DNA of 64,000 nucleotides from Acidobacteriota bacterium (GTDB lineage Bacteria > Acidobacteriota > CAIWXX01). Position numbers and translations under genes: made by a program. Below, one piece after another: positions 36,911 through 47,250 of the stretch. Within the stretch, counting starts at the first letter, position 1. Each line of letters opens with the position of its first letter. The notes below the pieces were generated by a model that was given only the letters and a program-made list of their open reading frames with translations, searched no databases and was not told where the DNA came from. The stretch is taken from positions 32,001 to 96,000 of the forward strand of contig JBFMAF010000010.1 of the NCBI GenBank assembly GCA_040755995.1. The letters run 5' to 3'.

Positions 36911-37443
36911 TACTTCATGCTCTCGGGTCTGAGGCGGCTCAGATATGGGGCGACGGTCTCGGCGATGGTCAGGGCTTTGCCCAGATCGGCGCTGGTGAAA
37001 CCCGGCCCCGCCTTCTCGAACGTCTCGGCCCTCCGGTTGATCCAGATGACCCCGAACGTCTTCTCCGCATCTTTCAGCGGCACGGCCATGAACTTCTGTA
37101 TCGGCATGACCTTGTCAGGCGTGTCCTTCATCTGCTCATAGATCGAGTAGCGTTCGACACCCGCGGCCTCGTTGGTCACAACCGGCGCGCCCGTGTCGAA
37201 CACCTTCTTCGTGACCTTGCTCTTGCGCAACGGGAAGCCGCTCTTCTGCATGCTCTTCGGAAGGGCGAAATGCGCGAAGCCGCTCTTGTCAACGATGAAC
37301 AGCGAGATCTCGTACTCCTCCACCCCGAGCGAGTCCGAGACGAACGTGCGCAGCCCCATCAGGATCTTCTCGAACCTTTCCGAGTGCGTCAGAGGCTCCT
37401 TCTCCATGATCTTCAACAGCTCGGAGAACTCCCTGATCGTCAT
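36910..37443 (-). CDS. Stand-alone GAF domain protein
   Basis: VFDTGAPVVTN; FMAVPL..FGVIWINR; GFTSADL. Confidence 0.75.
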   Translation of the reverse strand: MTIREFSELLKIMEKEPLTHSERFEKILMGLRTFVSDSLGVEEYEISLFIVDKSGFAHFALPKSMQKSGFPLRKSKVTKKVFDTGAPVVTNEAAGVERYSIYEQMKDTPDKVMPIQKFMAVPLKDAEKTFGVIWINRRAETFEKAGPGFTSADLGKALTIAETVAPYLSRLRPESMK

Positions 37444-37532
37444 AATCCGCCCCCTCCTGGCTTTTCGTTTGGCAACGCTTATAGCTTACCGTAGCTCGAG
37501 CGCGCTGACAACAGTTGAAGACACAACTGCTA

Positions 37533-37683
37533 GCGAGGCTGCGCCTCAGACCCACGAGGCATGTCACGGCTGGAGCGGCGCAGCCTCGCGTCGAGAGTCG
37601 AGAGTCGAGAGTTGGGAGTGACTAGCGTGGGAATTCAGAGCGAATGACGCGACGTGGCAAACTTGACTCAATCGCAACATCTT
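37533..37683. repeat. REP-like 13-bp inverted repeat + AGAGTCG heptamers + AAACTTGACTCAATCGCAAC box
   Basis: GCGAGGCTGCGCC (37533-37545) / GGCGCAGCCTCGC (37577-37589); 20-bp box identical to 8256-8275. Confidence 0.75.
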
Positions 37684-37715
37684 TTTCCCCTGAAGCCCGC
37701 TAGGCGCTAACGCGC

Positions 37716-38885
37716 CTAGGTCGCTTTCCGGCGCAGGAACGTCGGGACTTCGAGCACCTCTTCCGGGGTTGGAGCGTAGTGGTTCTGAGGTTGGTAAGGG
37801 GTGCGCGCCGGCGGTGTAACGATGCGCTGCGGTGTGACCGGGAGAGCACTCAGCGGCACCGGCGTCGGGTGGTGAGCCCCGACGACCATGCCCCCGTGAC
37901 GTGTCGTGGCGGAATCGAAGCCGGTCGCGATCACGGTGATCTTCACCTCACCGTCCATCGAATCATCATGCACATCGCCGAAGATGATCAGCGCGTTCTC
38001 GTTGGCCGCTCTCGTCACGATCGATGCAGCGTCATTCACCTCGTGCAGCGTGAGGTCCGCGCCGCCCGTAACGTTGATTATCACTCCCATGGCCCCCTCG
38101 ATGCTGGCGTCTTCGAGCAGCGGCGAGGAGATTGCCTGCTGCACTGCGTCAACGGCGCGGTTCTCGCCGCGGGCAACACCGGTGCCCATCAACGCCAGGC
38201 CAGCGTTCTGCACCACCGTCTTGACATCGGCGAAATCGACCTTGATCACTCCGGGCTTGGTGATAATGTCGGAGATGCCCTGTACGGCCTGCCTCAGTAC
38301 GTCGTCGGCTATCCGGAACGCCTCCTGGAGGCCTGTAGATTTCTCGACCGTCTGCAGCAGCCGCTCGTTGGAAATCGTGATCACGCTGTCGACGCACTGC
38401 CGCAGCTCGGCCAGCCCGCTCTCGGCAATCGCCATGCGCTTCCGATGCTCGAAGGCGAAAGGCTTGGTTACGATGGCCACGGTCAGAGCGCCGAGCTCCT
38501 GCGCGAGCTGCGCGATTACCGGCGCGGCGCCCGTGCCGGTGCCGCCGCCCAGGCCCGCCGTTACGAAGACCATGTCCGCCCCCTCGAGCGCTTCCAGGAT
38601 CTTGTCAGTGTCTTCCAGCGCCGCCTGCTTGCCGACTTCCGGGTTGGCTCCCGCGCCCAGCCCCTTCGTGAGCTTCTCGCCGAGCTGCAGCCGCACCGGC
38701 GCCGCATTGCTCGTCAGCGACTGGCAATCCGTGTTCGCCGCGATGAACTCGACTCCGGCAATCCCCGCGCGAACCATCCGGTTCACCGCATTGCCTCCTC
38801 CACCTCCGACGCCGATCACCTTGATCCGTGCGCCCGGCTTCAACTCCTCTTCGAACGTGAACATCGGTTTGCGCGCTTCAGCCAT
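37716..38885 (-). CDS. ftsZ: Cell division protein FtsZ
   Basis: [22 protein letters not shown]-terminal EVPTFLR. Confidence 0.98.
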   Translation of the reverse strand: MAEARKPMFTFEEELKPGARIKVIGVGGGGGNAVNRMVRAGIAGVEFIAANTDCQSLTSNAAPVRLQLGEKLTKGLGAGANPEVGKQAALEDTDKILEALEGADMVFVTAGLGGGTGTGAAPVIAQLAQELGALTVAIVTKPFAFEHRKRMAIAESGLAELRQCVDSVITISNERLLQTVEKSTGLQEAFRIADDVLRQAVQGISDIITKPGVIKVDFADVKTVVQNAGLALMGTGVARGENRAVDAVQQAISSPLLEDASIEGAMGVIINVTGGADLTLHEVNDAASIVTRAANENALIIFGDVHDDSMDGEVKITVIATGFDSATTRHGGMVVGAHHPTPVPLSALPVTPQRIVTPPARTPYQPQNHYAPTPEEVLEVPTFLRRKAT

Positions 38886-38992
38886 GGTGCTCATTCCTTT
38901 CCGCACAACGCGAGCGTCTCCATTGCGGTCTCATTCCGTCGTACGCCGTACCCACCCAACCCGGCGCCCGTATCCGAGCGCCTCGGATCGCC

Positions 38993-39030
38993 GTGTCTCC
39001 GTTTCTCCGTTTCCCCGATTCTCCGTTTCG
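38993..39030. repeat. Octamer array TTCTCCGN between ftsA and ftsZ
   Basis: 30 bp (38996-39025) identical to 2895-2924. Confidence 0.8.
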
Positions 39031-39090
39031 CATGCGGTCAGCCACTCTCGTTCCCCTGAGTTCGGATGAGGAGTTGAACATCGGCGTCGC

Positions 39091-40323
39091 TCAGATAAGC
39101 TCTCGGATCCAGATCTTGAACCGGTTGAACGTCCCGGCGGCACTCTTCATCCGCGCCTTGTTGACGTTGTTGCGATAGCCGAAGAGCAACAGGCCGACCG
39201 CCGTGGAGTACATCGGGCTGCTGATGGCGTCCACCAGGCCGCCCACGCTCGTTGGCGATCCGCGGCGCACAGGCAGGTCGAAGATCTGTTCGGCAGCCTC
39301 CGGCATCCCCTCCAGCAGCGCACCGCCTCCCGTCAGAATGACTCCCGAATTGAGCGAGCGCTCGTACCCGGCCCGCTTGGTCTCCTCGTGAAGCAGATTG
39401 AATGTCTCCGCCGCCCGCGGCTCGATGATCTCGCACAGGATCTGCCGCGACAGAATGCGCGGCTTCTTGCCGCCCATCCCCGGCACTTCGAACGTCTCTT
39501 CGTCGGAGACGAGGGTCGAGACGGCGCAGCCGTGCTTCTTCTTGATCTTCTCCGCCTCGGCATGCCCGGTTCTGAGTCCGATCGCGATATCGTTCGTGAA
39601 ATTGTCCCCGCCGATAGGCAGCACATACGTGTAGCAGATGCTCCCCTTCTCGAATATTGCGAGGTCAGTGGTGCCGGCTCCGATGTCGATCAGCGCCACG
39701 CCCAGGTCCTTCTCGTCGTTGGTGAGGATGGTTTCGGAGCAGGCGAGCGTTTCCAGAACCATGTCGGCGACCGCGAGACCGGCGCGGTTCACGCAGGTGA
39801 TGAGGTTCTGCGTGGAGGTCATGGAGCTCGTCACGATATGGGCGTTCACTTCGAGCCGCGTGCCGCTCATGCCGATCGGGTCGGCTATGCCGTCGGTCTC
39901 GTCTACGATGAACTCCTGCGGCAGCACGTGCAGTATCTCGCGGTCGGCCGGGATTGCCACCGCCTTGGCCGCTTCGATCACGCGCTGGACGTCTTCGCGC
40001 ACGATCTCGCGGCTCTTGCCTCCAACCGCAATGACTCCTCTCGAGTTGAAGCTCTTGATGTGGTTGCCCGCGATGCCGATGTAGGCGCTGTCGATTGCGA
40101 CGCCGGCCATCAGCTCCGCCTCCTCCACCGCCTTCCGGATCGAGTCCACCGTGGCGTCCAGATTCACCACCACTCCGCGCTTCAGACCTCGCGACTCGGC
40201 GGGCCCGATGCCGATTATGTCGAGTCCGCCCGCCTCATTCACCTCCGCGATGATGGCGCACGTCTTGCGGGTGCCGATGTCGAGCCCCACCACGTAGTTG
40301 TCCTTACGCCTTCCCACGGACAT
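39091..40323 (-). CDS. ftsA: Cell division protein FtsA
   Basis: GLDIGT; IDIGAGTTD; LTGGGA; amphipathic C-terminus. Confidence 0.97.
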   Translation of the reverse strand: MSVGRRKDNYVVGLDIGTRKTCAIIAEVNEAGGLDIIGIGPAESRGLKRGVVVNLDATVDSIRKAVEEAELMAGVAIDSAYIGIAGNHIKSFNSRGVIAVGGKSREIVREDVQRVIEAAKAVAIPADREILHVLPQEFIVDETDGIADPIGMSGTRLEVNAHIVTSSMTSTQNLITCVNRAGLAVADMVLETLACSETILTNDEKDLGVALIDIGAGTTDLAIFEKGSICYTYVLPIGGDNFTNDIAIGLRTGHAEAEKIKKKHGCAVSTLVSDEETFEVPGMGGKKPRILSRQILCEIIEPRAAETFNLLHEETKRAGYERSLNSGVILTGGGALLEGMPEAAEQIFDLPVRRGSPTSVGGLVDAISSPMYSTAVGLLLFGYRNNVNKARMKSAAGTFNRFKIWIRELI

Positions 40324-40337
40324 CACCTCCTGGTCAT

Positions 40338-41210
40338 TTACACTGCCCCTGCCGCAGCCTCGACAGGTTCCTGCGTAGTCGTTTTCAAAAAATCACCTTT
40401 GATGTAGACCCGCGGCGTGAAGCGCAGGTCCACGTAATCGATTCTCGCGAAGCGATCGCGCAGGCTCGGCGCGATCCGCTGGTAGAACTCCATCCGCTCC
40501 ACAAACTTCTCCGAGCCGACGATCAGCGCCGGTGTCCCATCCAGGAAGATCAGCCGCACTGACTCGTGCGAGCAGTCGATCTCGGACAGGCGCGCGACGG
40601 TGGCGGGCTCTGCGACGCCGATTGAGGCCAGGGCGCGCAGGCCGAGCGCCAGCAGTTCGTCCTCCGGTCCGCCCTTCAGCCCGCTGATAAACGGAAGGTC
40701 GAACTCCGCATGTTCCGCTCCGTACGGGCTCACTCGGACCCCTTCGGAGTCCACCAGCCAGGGGCCCTTCGCAGTGACGGCCACGGCCACAGGCGTGCGC
40801 TCCACGATGCGCACCTCGAGCGTCCCCGGCATCACCCTCGAGACCGATGCTTCCTTCACCCAGCTGTGTTCCAGCAGCCGCGCCTGGATGGCGGGCAGGT
40901 CCAGCGTGAATACGTTTCCCGGCCGCGGGCCGCCGACGAGATCAAGGAGCTGGTCCGAGGACGCGTGGCGGTTGCCGGTGATTGTTACTATGTTTGTAGC
41001 AAATCTCGGAGCGGTCGTGAGATACCAGTAGCCGAATCTCAGGCCGGCCGCGAGTCCCCCGATCACCAGCACGAACACCGTCATCGTGAGCAATCTCCGG
41101 AAGCGGTCCCGCCTGGCCCGCTTGTACGAGATCTCCTTGTTCTTGATCTCGCGATAGGCGTGGCTCCCCTCGGGCGTCTCGGCCGGGGTCGCTTTGCCGA
41201 AGAGAGGCAT
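40338..41210 (-). CDS. ftsQ: Cell division protein FtsQ/DivIB
   Basis: TM + POTRA (ITGN..WVKEASVSRVMP..IVERTPVA); YVDLRF; ATGA overlap with murC. Confidence 0.9.
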   Translation of the reverse strand: MPLFGKATPAETPEGSHAYREIKNKEISYKRARRDRFRRLLTMTVFVLVIGGLAAGLRFGYWYLTTAPRFATNIVTITGNRHASSDQLLDLVGGPRPGNVFTLDLPAIQARLLEHSWVKEASVSRVMPGTLEVRIVERTPVAVAVTAKGPWLVDSEGVRVSPYGAEHAEFDLPFISGLKGGPEDELLALGLRALASIGVAEPATVARLSEIDCSHESVRLIFLDGTPALIVGSEKFVERMEFYQRIAPSLRDRFARIDYVDLRFTPRVYIKGDFLKTTTQEPVEAAAGAV

Positions 41211-42589
41211 CAGGAGATCCTCCGCAGAAGCTCGGGGCCGGCGTTCGTTACAGTGCCGGCGCCGAGCGTCAGAACGATGTCGTTCTCGCGCACGATGCCG
41301 GCAAGAGCGTCCACGGCGCTGTTGAGGTCCGGACGGTAGAGCACGTTTCGATGGCCGAAGCGCTTGATGCCATAGGCCAGCACCTCGCCTGTCACGCCGG
41401 GTACGGCCTCTTCGCCGGCCGGATAGATCTCGGTCACCACGAGCGCGTCCGCCTGGTGGAACGCTCCGCAGAACTGCTCGAACAGGTCGCGCGTGCGGGT
41501 GAAGCGGTGAGGCTGGAACAGAACGACCAGCCTCCGGTCCCACCCCGCCTTCGCCGCGGCCAGGGTGGCGCGGATCTCTGTCGGATGGTGCCCGTAGTCG
41601 TCTACCACCATGATGCCGCGCGCCTCGCCGCGTAGCTGGAATCGCCGATCCGCCCCCTGGAAGCTTTCGATGCCCTTCAGGATCGCGGACCACTCCATCC
41701 CCATGTCTCGAGCTACTGCGATGGCGGCCAGCGCGTTCAGCGCGTTGTGCGCGCCGGGGACGGAGAGCGCCAGGGGTCCGAAGGTCTCGCCGCGGTGGGT
41801 CACGCGGAAGCGGGTCTGGCGTGCGTCCTGCTGCGCCTGGCTCAAGACGTAGTCAGCCTGGGTGCTGAGGCCATAGGTTATCGCGCGGCGGGAGAGGCGC
41901 CCGAGCACCGCCTGCACTCCGGGGTCGTCAACGCACACGATCGTGGCCCCGTAGAACGGCACCTTGTTCATGAACTGGACGAAGGCATCGTGGAGCCGTG
42001 TGATGGTGTGGTAGTGGTCCATGTGCTCCTGGTCGATGTTGGTGACCACCCCGAGTGTCGGCGAGAGAAGGAGGAAGGAGCTGTCGGATTCGTCGGCCTC
42101 GGCTACCATGAACTCACTCTTCCCGAGCTTCGCATGGCTGCCGTAGACGTTCAGGCGCCCGCCGATCACTACAGTCGGGTCGAATCCGCCCTGGTCGAGG
42201 AGTGTCGCCACCATGGATGTAGTCGTCGTCTTGCCATGCGAACCGGCCACCGCGATGCCGTATTTCATCCGCATCAGCTCCGCCAGCATCTCCGCGCGAG
42301 AGATCACCGGCACCTTCAGCCGCTGCGCCTCCGTCACCTCCGGGTTGTCCGCGCCGACGGCCGACGAGATCACGACTACCTCCGCACCCGCCACATTTCC
42401 GGGCGTGTGCCCCTCCGACACGACGGCTCCGAGCTTCTCCAGCCGCTCCGTCACAGCTGTCTTTCTCAAGTCCGAGCCCGACACGCGGTACTTCAGGTTG
42501 ATCAGCACCTCGGCAATGCCGCACATGCCGCTTCCGCCGATACCCACCATGTGGATGTGCTGTATCTTCTTGAAGCTTCGCTTATGCAT
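41210..42589 (-). CDS. murC: UDP-N-acetylmuramate--L-alanine ligase
   Basis: GIGGSGM; GSHGKTTT; EADESD; DDYGHHPTE. Confidence 0.97.
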   Translation of the reverse strand: MHKRSFKKIQHIHMVGIGGSGMCGIAEVLINLKYRVSGSDLRKTAVTERLEKLGAVVSEGHTPGNVAGAEVVVISSAVGADNPEVTEAQRLKVPVISRAEMLAELMRMKYGIAVAGSHGKTTTTSMVATLLDQGGFDPTVVIGGRLNVYGSHAKLGKSEFMVAEADESDSSFLLLSPTLGVVTNIDQEHMDHYHTITRLHDAFVQFMNKVPFYGATIVCVDDPGVQAVLGRLSRRAITYGLSTQADYVLSQAQQDARQTRFRVTHRGETFGPLALSVPGAHNALNALAAIAVARDMGMEWSAILKGIESFQGADRRFQLRGEARGIMVVDDYGHHPTEIRATLAAAKAGWDRRLVVLFQPHRFTRTRDLFEQFCGAFHQADALVVTEIYPAGEEAVPGVTGEVLAYGIKRFGHRNVLYRPDLNSAVDALAGIVRENDIVLTLGAGTVTNAGPELLRRIS

Positions 42590-43709
42590 GGCGGGTCTCG
42601 CCTTCCGCGCCCGGCGCTTCGCCGCGCATCAACCGCGCAGCGATGCGCGCAATCTCAACGGCGGCATCCGGGTTGGCCATTCGACGCGCTGCCTCTGACA
42701 TGGCCGCGCGCCTGGCGGGTGCGGTCATCAGCTCTTCAATCCGCGCGCACAAGACTCCGGGGGTCAGCTCCCGCTCCGTCAGCACCACCGCGGCCCCAGC
42801 CCGCTCCATGGCACGGGCATTGAGCTCCTGATGGTTGTCCGCTGCGGCCGCAAACGGAACCAGGATCGCCGGGCGGCCCGCTGCCGCGATCTCCGCGATC
42901 GTTGATGCACCCGCGCGGCAGACGATCAGGTCTGCCTCGGCGAAGGCATCCGCCATCCGGTCGATGAATGCGGAGACGACGGCGCCCGAACGGGCAGCTT
43001 CGTGCGCAGCTCGCACCTTCTCAAACTCCTTCGTTCCCGTCTGGTGGACGAGCCTGGTCGTCGCCGGCCAGAGCGGAAGAGCATCCATGATCGCGCTGTT
43101 CAACACAGCCGATCCCTGGCTCCCGCCGAAAACCAGGACGGTGAACAGCCGGTTGCCCGAGGTAGTCGCCGCGGTCACCCGGCTCGGGATCGCGAAGAAC
43201 TCCGGGCGTACCGGATGCCCGGCCCAGAGGCCTTTCTTGCCGAACATGGGGACGGACTCGCGGAACGAGCAGACGACACAGCGCGTGAACGGCGCCAGCC
43301 AGCGCGTGGTAAGTCCAGGTCGCAGGTTGACTTCGAGGATGAACGTCGGGCAGCTCAGCGAGGCGGCCGCGACCAGCGGGCCGGAGACGTAGCCTCCGGC
43401 ACCGATGACGAGGGACGGGTGGAGCTTGCGTACGAGGGCCCGGGACGTGAGCACGGCGGGCACGAGCATGGCCAGGGCGCCGAGCTTGAAGAGGAGCGAC
43501 TTGCCCTTGAGCGGCTTCACGCGCAGCTCGATCAGCTCGTAGCCGGCGCCGGCCACGATGTGTCGTTCGACCTCGCGACCGCTCCCCACGAACCTGATCT
43601 GCGCGTTCTCCACGGTCCTCTTCAGCGCCTCCGCCACTGCAATGGCGGGGAAGAGGTGACCGCCGGTGCCGGAGGCGGCGATGAGCACTGTCGGTGTAGT
43701 CTGACCCAT
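42582..43709 (-). CDS. murG: Lipid II GlcNAc transferase
   Basis: GTGGH; GGYVSGP; GGSQG; CRAGAST; HQELNA. Confidence 0.96.
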   Translation of the reverse strand: MGQTTPTVLIAASGTGGHLFPAIAVAEALKRTVENAQIRFVGSGREVERHIVAGAGYELIELRVKPLKGKSLLFKLGALAMLVPAVLTSRALVRKLHPSLVIGAGGYVSGPLVAAASLSCPTFILEVNLRPGLTTRWLAPFTRCVVCSFRESVPMFGKKGLWAGHPVRPEFFAIPSRVTAATTSGNRLFTVLVFGGSQGSAVLNSAIMDALPLWPATTRLVHQTGTKEFEKVRAAHEAARSGAVVSAFIDRMADAFAEADLIVCRAGASTIAEIAAAGRPAILVPFAAAADNHQELNARAMERAGAAVVLTERELTPGVLCARIEELMTAPARRAAMSEAARRMANPDAAVEIARIAARLMRGEAPGAEGETRHA

Positions 43710-43715
43710 GGCGCC

Positions 43716-44807
43716 TCAGGTGCTGTGCTGCGAGACGTTCAACAGTATGCCGACGGCGAGCATGTTGGCGAGGAGCGACGAGCCGCCGAAGCTGACGAAG
43801 GGCAGCGAAATCCCTTTCGTCGGAAGAAGACCCAGGACCACCGACATGTTGATCAACCCCTGGCTCACGATCATGGCGGTAAGTCCTGCGGCCAGGAGTC
43901 CGCCGTGGAAGTCCGGGGCGAGTGAAGCCGCGCGCATGCCGCGCCACAGGATGACGAGGAAGAGGACCAGGGTGCCGATGCACCCGATGAGGCCCAGCTC
44001 CTCGCCGATCACAGCGTAGATGAAATCGGTGTAGGCGTACGGGAGGTAGTAGAGTTTCTGAGTGGACTCGCCGAGGCCGCCGCCGAGCACTCCGCCCTTG
44101 CCGACGGCGATAAGGGACTGCAGTATCTGGAAGCCGCTTCCCAGCGGATCTTCGTGCGGGTTTAGAAACGCGAACAGGCGCTCCTTCCTGTACCCCGCCT
44201 GAAGCAGCATGTAGGCGGCGGCGGGAAGACCCAGGCTGGACAGGGCGGCGAGGTACTTCATGGGGACTCCGCCGAGGAAGAACATGGTTCCGGCGATGAA
44301 CGCCATGGTGACGGCCGCGCCGAAATCGGGCTCGAGGTACGTCAGGACGCAGAACACCATGGTGATGAGCCCGCACGGGATGAGCGTCGACTTCGGCAGC
44401 TTGATGTTGGATCGCTGCTTGTTCAGCCAGTAGGCCAGGAAAAAGATCAGCCCGAGTTTGGCGAACTCGGACGGCTGGAGGCTGAAGCCGGCCAGGCGGA
44501 TCCAGCGGTGGGTGCGGTTGACGACGGGGAGGAAGAGAGCCGCGGTGAGCAGCGCAACAGAGAGCGTGAGCATGCCGTAGACGACGATGGGGCGCCGGAA
44601 GAACGGATACGGCAGATACAGCAGGACTCCCATGAGAGCGAACCCGGTGATCACCCAGACGCCTTGCTTGACGAGGAAGAAGTACTCGTTCTGGTAGCGT
44701 TCGATCGCGGTGATGCCGGAGGAGCTGAACACCATGACCAGGCCGAGCAGCACCAGCATGAGCACGGCGAGGAAGAGAGTCTTGTCGGAGGAGAGCTTGC
44801 GTCCCAT
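43716..44807 (-). CDS. ftsW: SEDS peptidoglycan polymerase FtsW
   Basis: RWI..QPSEFAK; EPDFG; TDFIYAVIGEELG; PTKGISLPFVSFGGSS. Confidence 0.95.
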   Translation of the reverse strand: MGRKLSSDKTLFLAVLMLVLLGLVMVFSSSGITAIERYQNEYFFLVKQGVWVITGFALMGVLLYLPYPFFRRPIVVYGMLTLSVALLTAALFLPVVNRTHRWIRLAGFSLQPSEFAKLGLIFFLAYWLNKQRSNIKLPKSTLIPCGLITMVFCVLTYLEPDFGAAVTMAFIAGTMFFLGGVPMKYLAALSSLGLPAAAYMLLQAGYRKERLFAFLNPHEDPLGSGFQILQSLIAVGKGGVLGGGLGESTQKLYYLPYAYTDFIYAVIGEELGLIGCIGTLVLFLVILWRGMRAASLAPDFHGGLLAAGLTAMIVSQGLINMSVVLGLLPTKGISLPFVSFGGSSLLANMLAVGILLNVSQHST

Positions 44808-46162
44808 CAGCCGACCCTCGCCTTCAGCTCGCGCACTGCCTGCATGAAGACCTCGCCCCGATGTTCGAAGTTGTTGAACATGTCGAAGCTGGCGCAGGCC
44901 GGGGCCAGCAAGACCGTGTCGCCCGGAGCGGCCCGGTTGAACCCGAGCTCGACGGCGGCCTCCATGCTCGCCGCGCGCTCCATCGGGCACACACCCGCGA
45001 GCGCCGCGCCGATCTTGTCAGCAGCAGCGCCGATCAGTATCACGAGCCTGGCCTTGTCTCTGCAGGGCTCCGCCAGCGGCCCGTAGTCCACCCCCTTGTC
45101 CTTGCCGCCGAGGATGACCAGCAGGTTTCCAGAAAAACTGTCGAGGGCCTTGAGAGTTGCGTCGACGTTGGTGGCCTTCGAGTCGTTGAAGAAGTCCACG
45201 CCGCGAACCGTTTCGACGAACTGCAGCCGGTGTGGTACCGCCTGAAACGCCTCGATGCTGTGCCGCACGGATTCGACGGGGGCCCCGGCCAGATCCGCCA
45301 TCATCGCCGCAGCCATCACGTTCTCCAGGTTGTGCGACCCTTTCAGCGGAATCGCATCTGCCCGCATGAGCACGTCGCGGCGGCCGCGACGAACGAGCAC
45401 GACTTCCGGCCCGTCCAGGAAACAGCCCTCACCCAAAGAGTTTCTTCTACTGAAATAGTAAATATGCGACGCCGCCGGTTCCTTCCGCAGCAGAGGATCG
45501 TCGCCGTTGAGCACCAGGGAATCGGCAGGCGTCTGGCTTCGGTAGACGCGCCTCTTGGCGTCGGCATAGGAGTCGAACGAGTCGTAGCGGTCCAGATGAT
45601 CCGGCGTGAGGTTCAGGATGGACGCAACGCTCGGGCGGAACCGGTCGATCGTCTCGAGCTGAAAGCTCGACATCTCGCAGACGAACCAGGTCTCCGGGCT
45701 GTCATGATCGAGCATGCCGATGAGCGGAGTGCCGATGTTGCCGGCAACGACCGTGGGGAACCCGGCATCGACGAGGATCTTGCCCACGAGCGCGGTAGTG
45801 GTGGTCTTGCCGTTCGATCCGGTGATCGCGCAGATCCTTCCCCTCATCTCGCGGAACGCGATCTCCATGTCGCCCACAACCGGAACGCCTGCGCGCACGG
45901 CTTTCCGGATGGGCTCCAGCGCAAGCGGCACTCCGGGGCTTGCGACGATGAGGTCGGCCGACAGGAAAAGGCTCTCGGGATGCCCGCCGAGCACCGCAGA
46001 GGCGCCGAGCGCGCGCGCCTTCGCCGCATCTTCTTTCAGCGCCGACTCCGGCTTCACGTCGTTCACCGTGACTCGCGCGCCGCGCTTGAGGAAGAAATCG
46101 GCGGAGGCAAGCCCGGTGCGGGCGAGCCCGACGATCAGAACGTCCTTGCCGGCGTAACTCAT
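44807..46162 (-). CDS. murD: UDP-MurNAc-L-Ala--D-glutamate ligase
   Basis: GSNGKTTT; EMSSFQL; DSKATN; PACASFD. Confidence 0.97.
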   Translation of the reverse strand: MSYAGKDVLIVGLARTGLASADFFLKRGARVTVNDVKPESALKEDAAKARALGASAVLGGHPESLFLSADLIVASPGVPLALEPIRKAVRAGVPVVGDMEIAFREMRGRICAITGSNGKTTTTALVGKILVDAGFPTVVAGNIGTPLIGMLDHDSPETWFVCEMSSFQLETIDRFRPSVASILNLTPDHLDRYDSFDSYADAKRRVYRSQTPADSLVLNGDDPLLRKEPAASHIYYFSRRNSLGEGCFLDGPEVVLVRRGRRDVLMRADAIPLKGSHNLENVMAAAMMADLAGAPVESVRHSIEAFQAVPHRLQFVETVRGVDFFNDSKATNVDATLKALDSFSGNLLVILGGKDKGVDYGPLAEPCRDKARLVILIGAAADKIGAALAGVCPMERAASMEAAVELGFNRAAPGDTVLLAPACASFDMFNNFEHRGEVFMQAVRELKARVG

Positions 46163-47244
46163 CGCAGTTTCAGCGTGCTCAGGCTCAGAAGAGCGAAGAT
46201 GATCGCAGTGATCCAGAAGCGGACCACGACCTTAGGTTCCTTCCACCCCGCGAGCTCGAAGTGATGGTGGAGCGGTGCCATGCGGAAGATGCGCTTTCCG
46301 GTGAGCTGGAAGGAGGCAACCTGGAGAATCACCGATAGCGCCTCGATCACGAACAGACCTCCGACCGAGAGCAGCAGGATCTCCTGCTTGATCAGCACGG
46401 CGACGGTGCCGATGGCGCCGCCAAGCGCCAGCGAGCCCACGTCGCCCATGAAGATCTCGGCGGGATGAGAGTTGTACCAGAGGAACCCCAGACTGGCCCC
46501 GACCATGCTGCCGCAGAAGATCGTGATCTCTCCCGACTGGGCGATCCTGGTGATGTTGAGGTAGCTCGAGAAGATGGCGTGCCCGGCCACGTAGGCCAGG
46601 ACCGTGTAGGCGGCAGACGCTATCAGGAAGGCGCCTATCGCCAGGCCGTCGAGCCCGTCGGTGAGGTTCACGGCATTCGAGGAGCCGACGATGACGATGA
46701 CGAGAAAGCCCAGGTACCACCAGCCGAGGTCCGGCGTCCATCGCTTGAAGAACGGCACGCTCAGGTGCGTGTCGAAGAGCCCGTGCCGCCGCAGGTAGAA
46801 GAGGCACAGGCCGATGATCAGGGCGATGCCGATCTGCGCCAGCAGCTTTCTACGCCCGCTCCAGCCGAGCGACCGGCGCATTCTGACCTTCGAGTAATCG
46901 TCCAGCAGCCCGACTGTGCCGAAGGCTGCCAGCGCGAACACGCAGATCCAGATGAACGGATTCGCGAGATCGGCCCAGAGCAGCGTCGGCACGAGAATCG
47001 ATGTCAGCACCAGCAGACCGCCCATCGTGGGTGTGCCGGCCTTCCCCTGGTGCGAGGCCGGACCCTCCTCGCGAATCTGCTGGCCCACCTGAAACTCGCG
47101 CAGCTTCCTGATCATCCACGGGCCGAGGAACAGGCAGAGGAAAAGCGCCGTCAAGCTCGCGTAGGCCGTACGGAACGTGATGTACCGGAAGACGTTGAAG
47201 ACCGTCGAGTACTCGTGCAATGGGTAGAGCAGATGGTAGAGCAT
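46159..47244 (-). CDS. mraY: Phospho-MurNAc-pentapeptide transferase
   Basis: TPTMGG; NAVNLTDGLDGL; FMGDVGS; MAPLHHHFE. Confidence 0.98.
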   Translation of the reverse strand: MLYHLLYPLHEYSTVFNVFRYITFRTAYASLTALFLCLFLGPWMIRKLREFQVGQQIREEGPASHQGKAGTPTMGGLLVLTSILVPTLLWADLANPFIWICVFALAAFGTVGLLDDYSKVRMRRSLGWSGRRKLLAQIGIALIIGLCLFYLRRHGLFDTHLSVPFFKRWTPDLGWWYLGFLVIVIVGSSNAVNLTDGLDGLAIGAFLIASAAYTVLAYVAGHAIFSSYLNITRIAQSGEITIFCGSMVGASLGFLWYNSHPAEIFMGDVGSLALGGAIGTVAVLIKQEILLLSVGGLFVIEALSVILQVASFQLTGKRIFRMAPLHHHFELAGWKEPKVVVRFWITAIIFALLSLSTLKLR

Positions 47245-47250
47245 GGCTCG

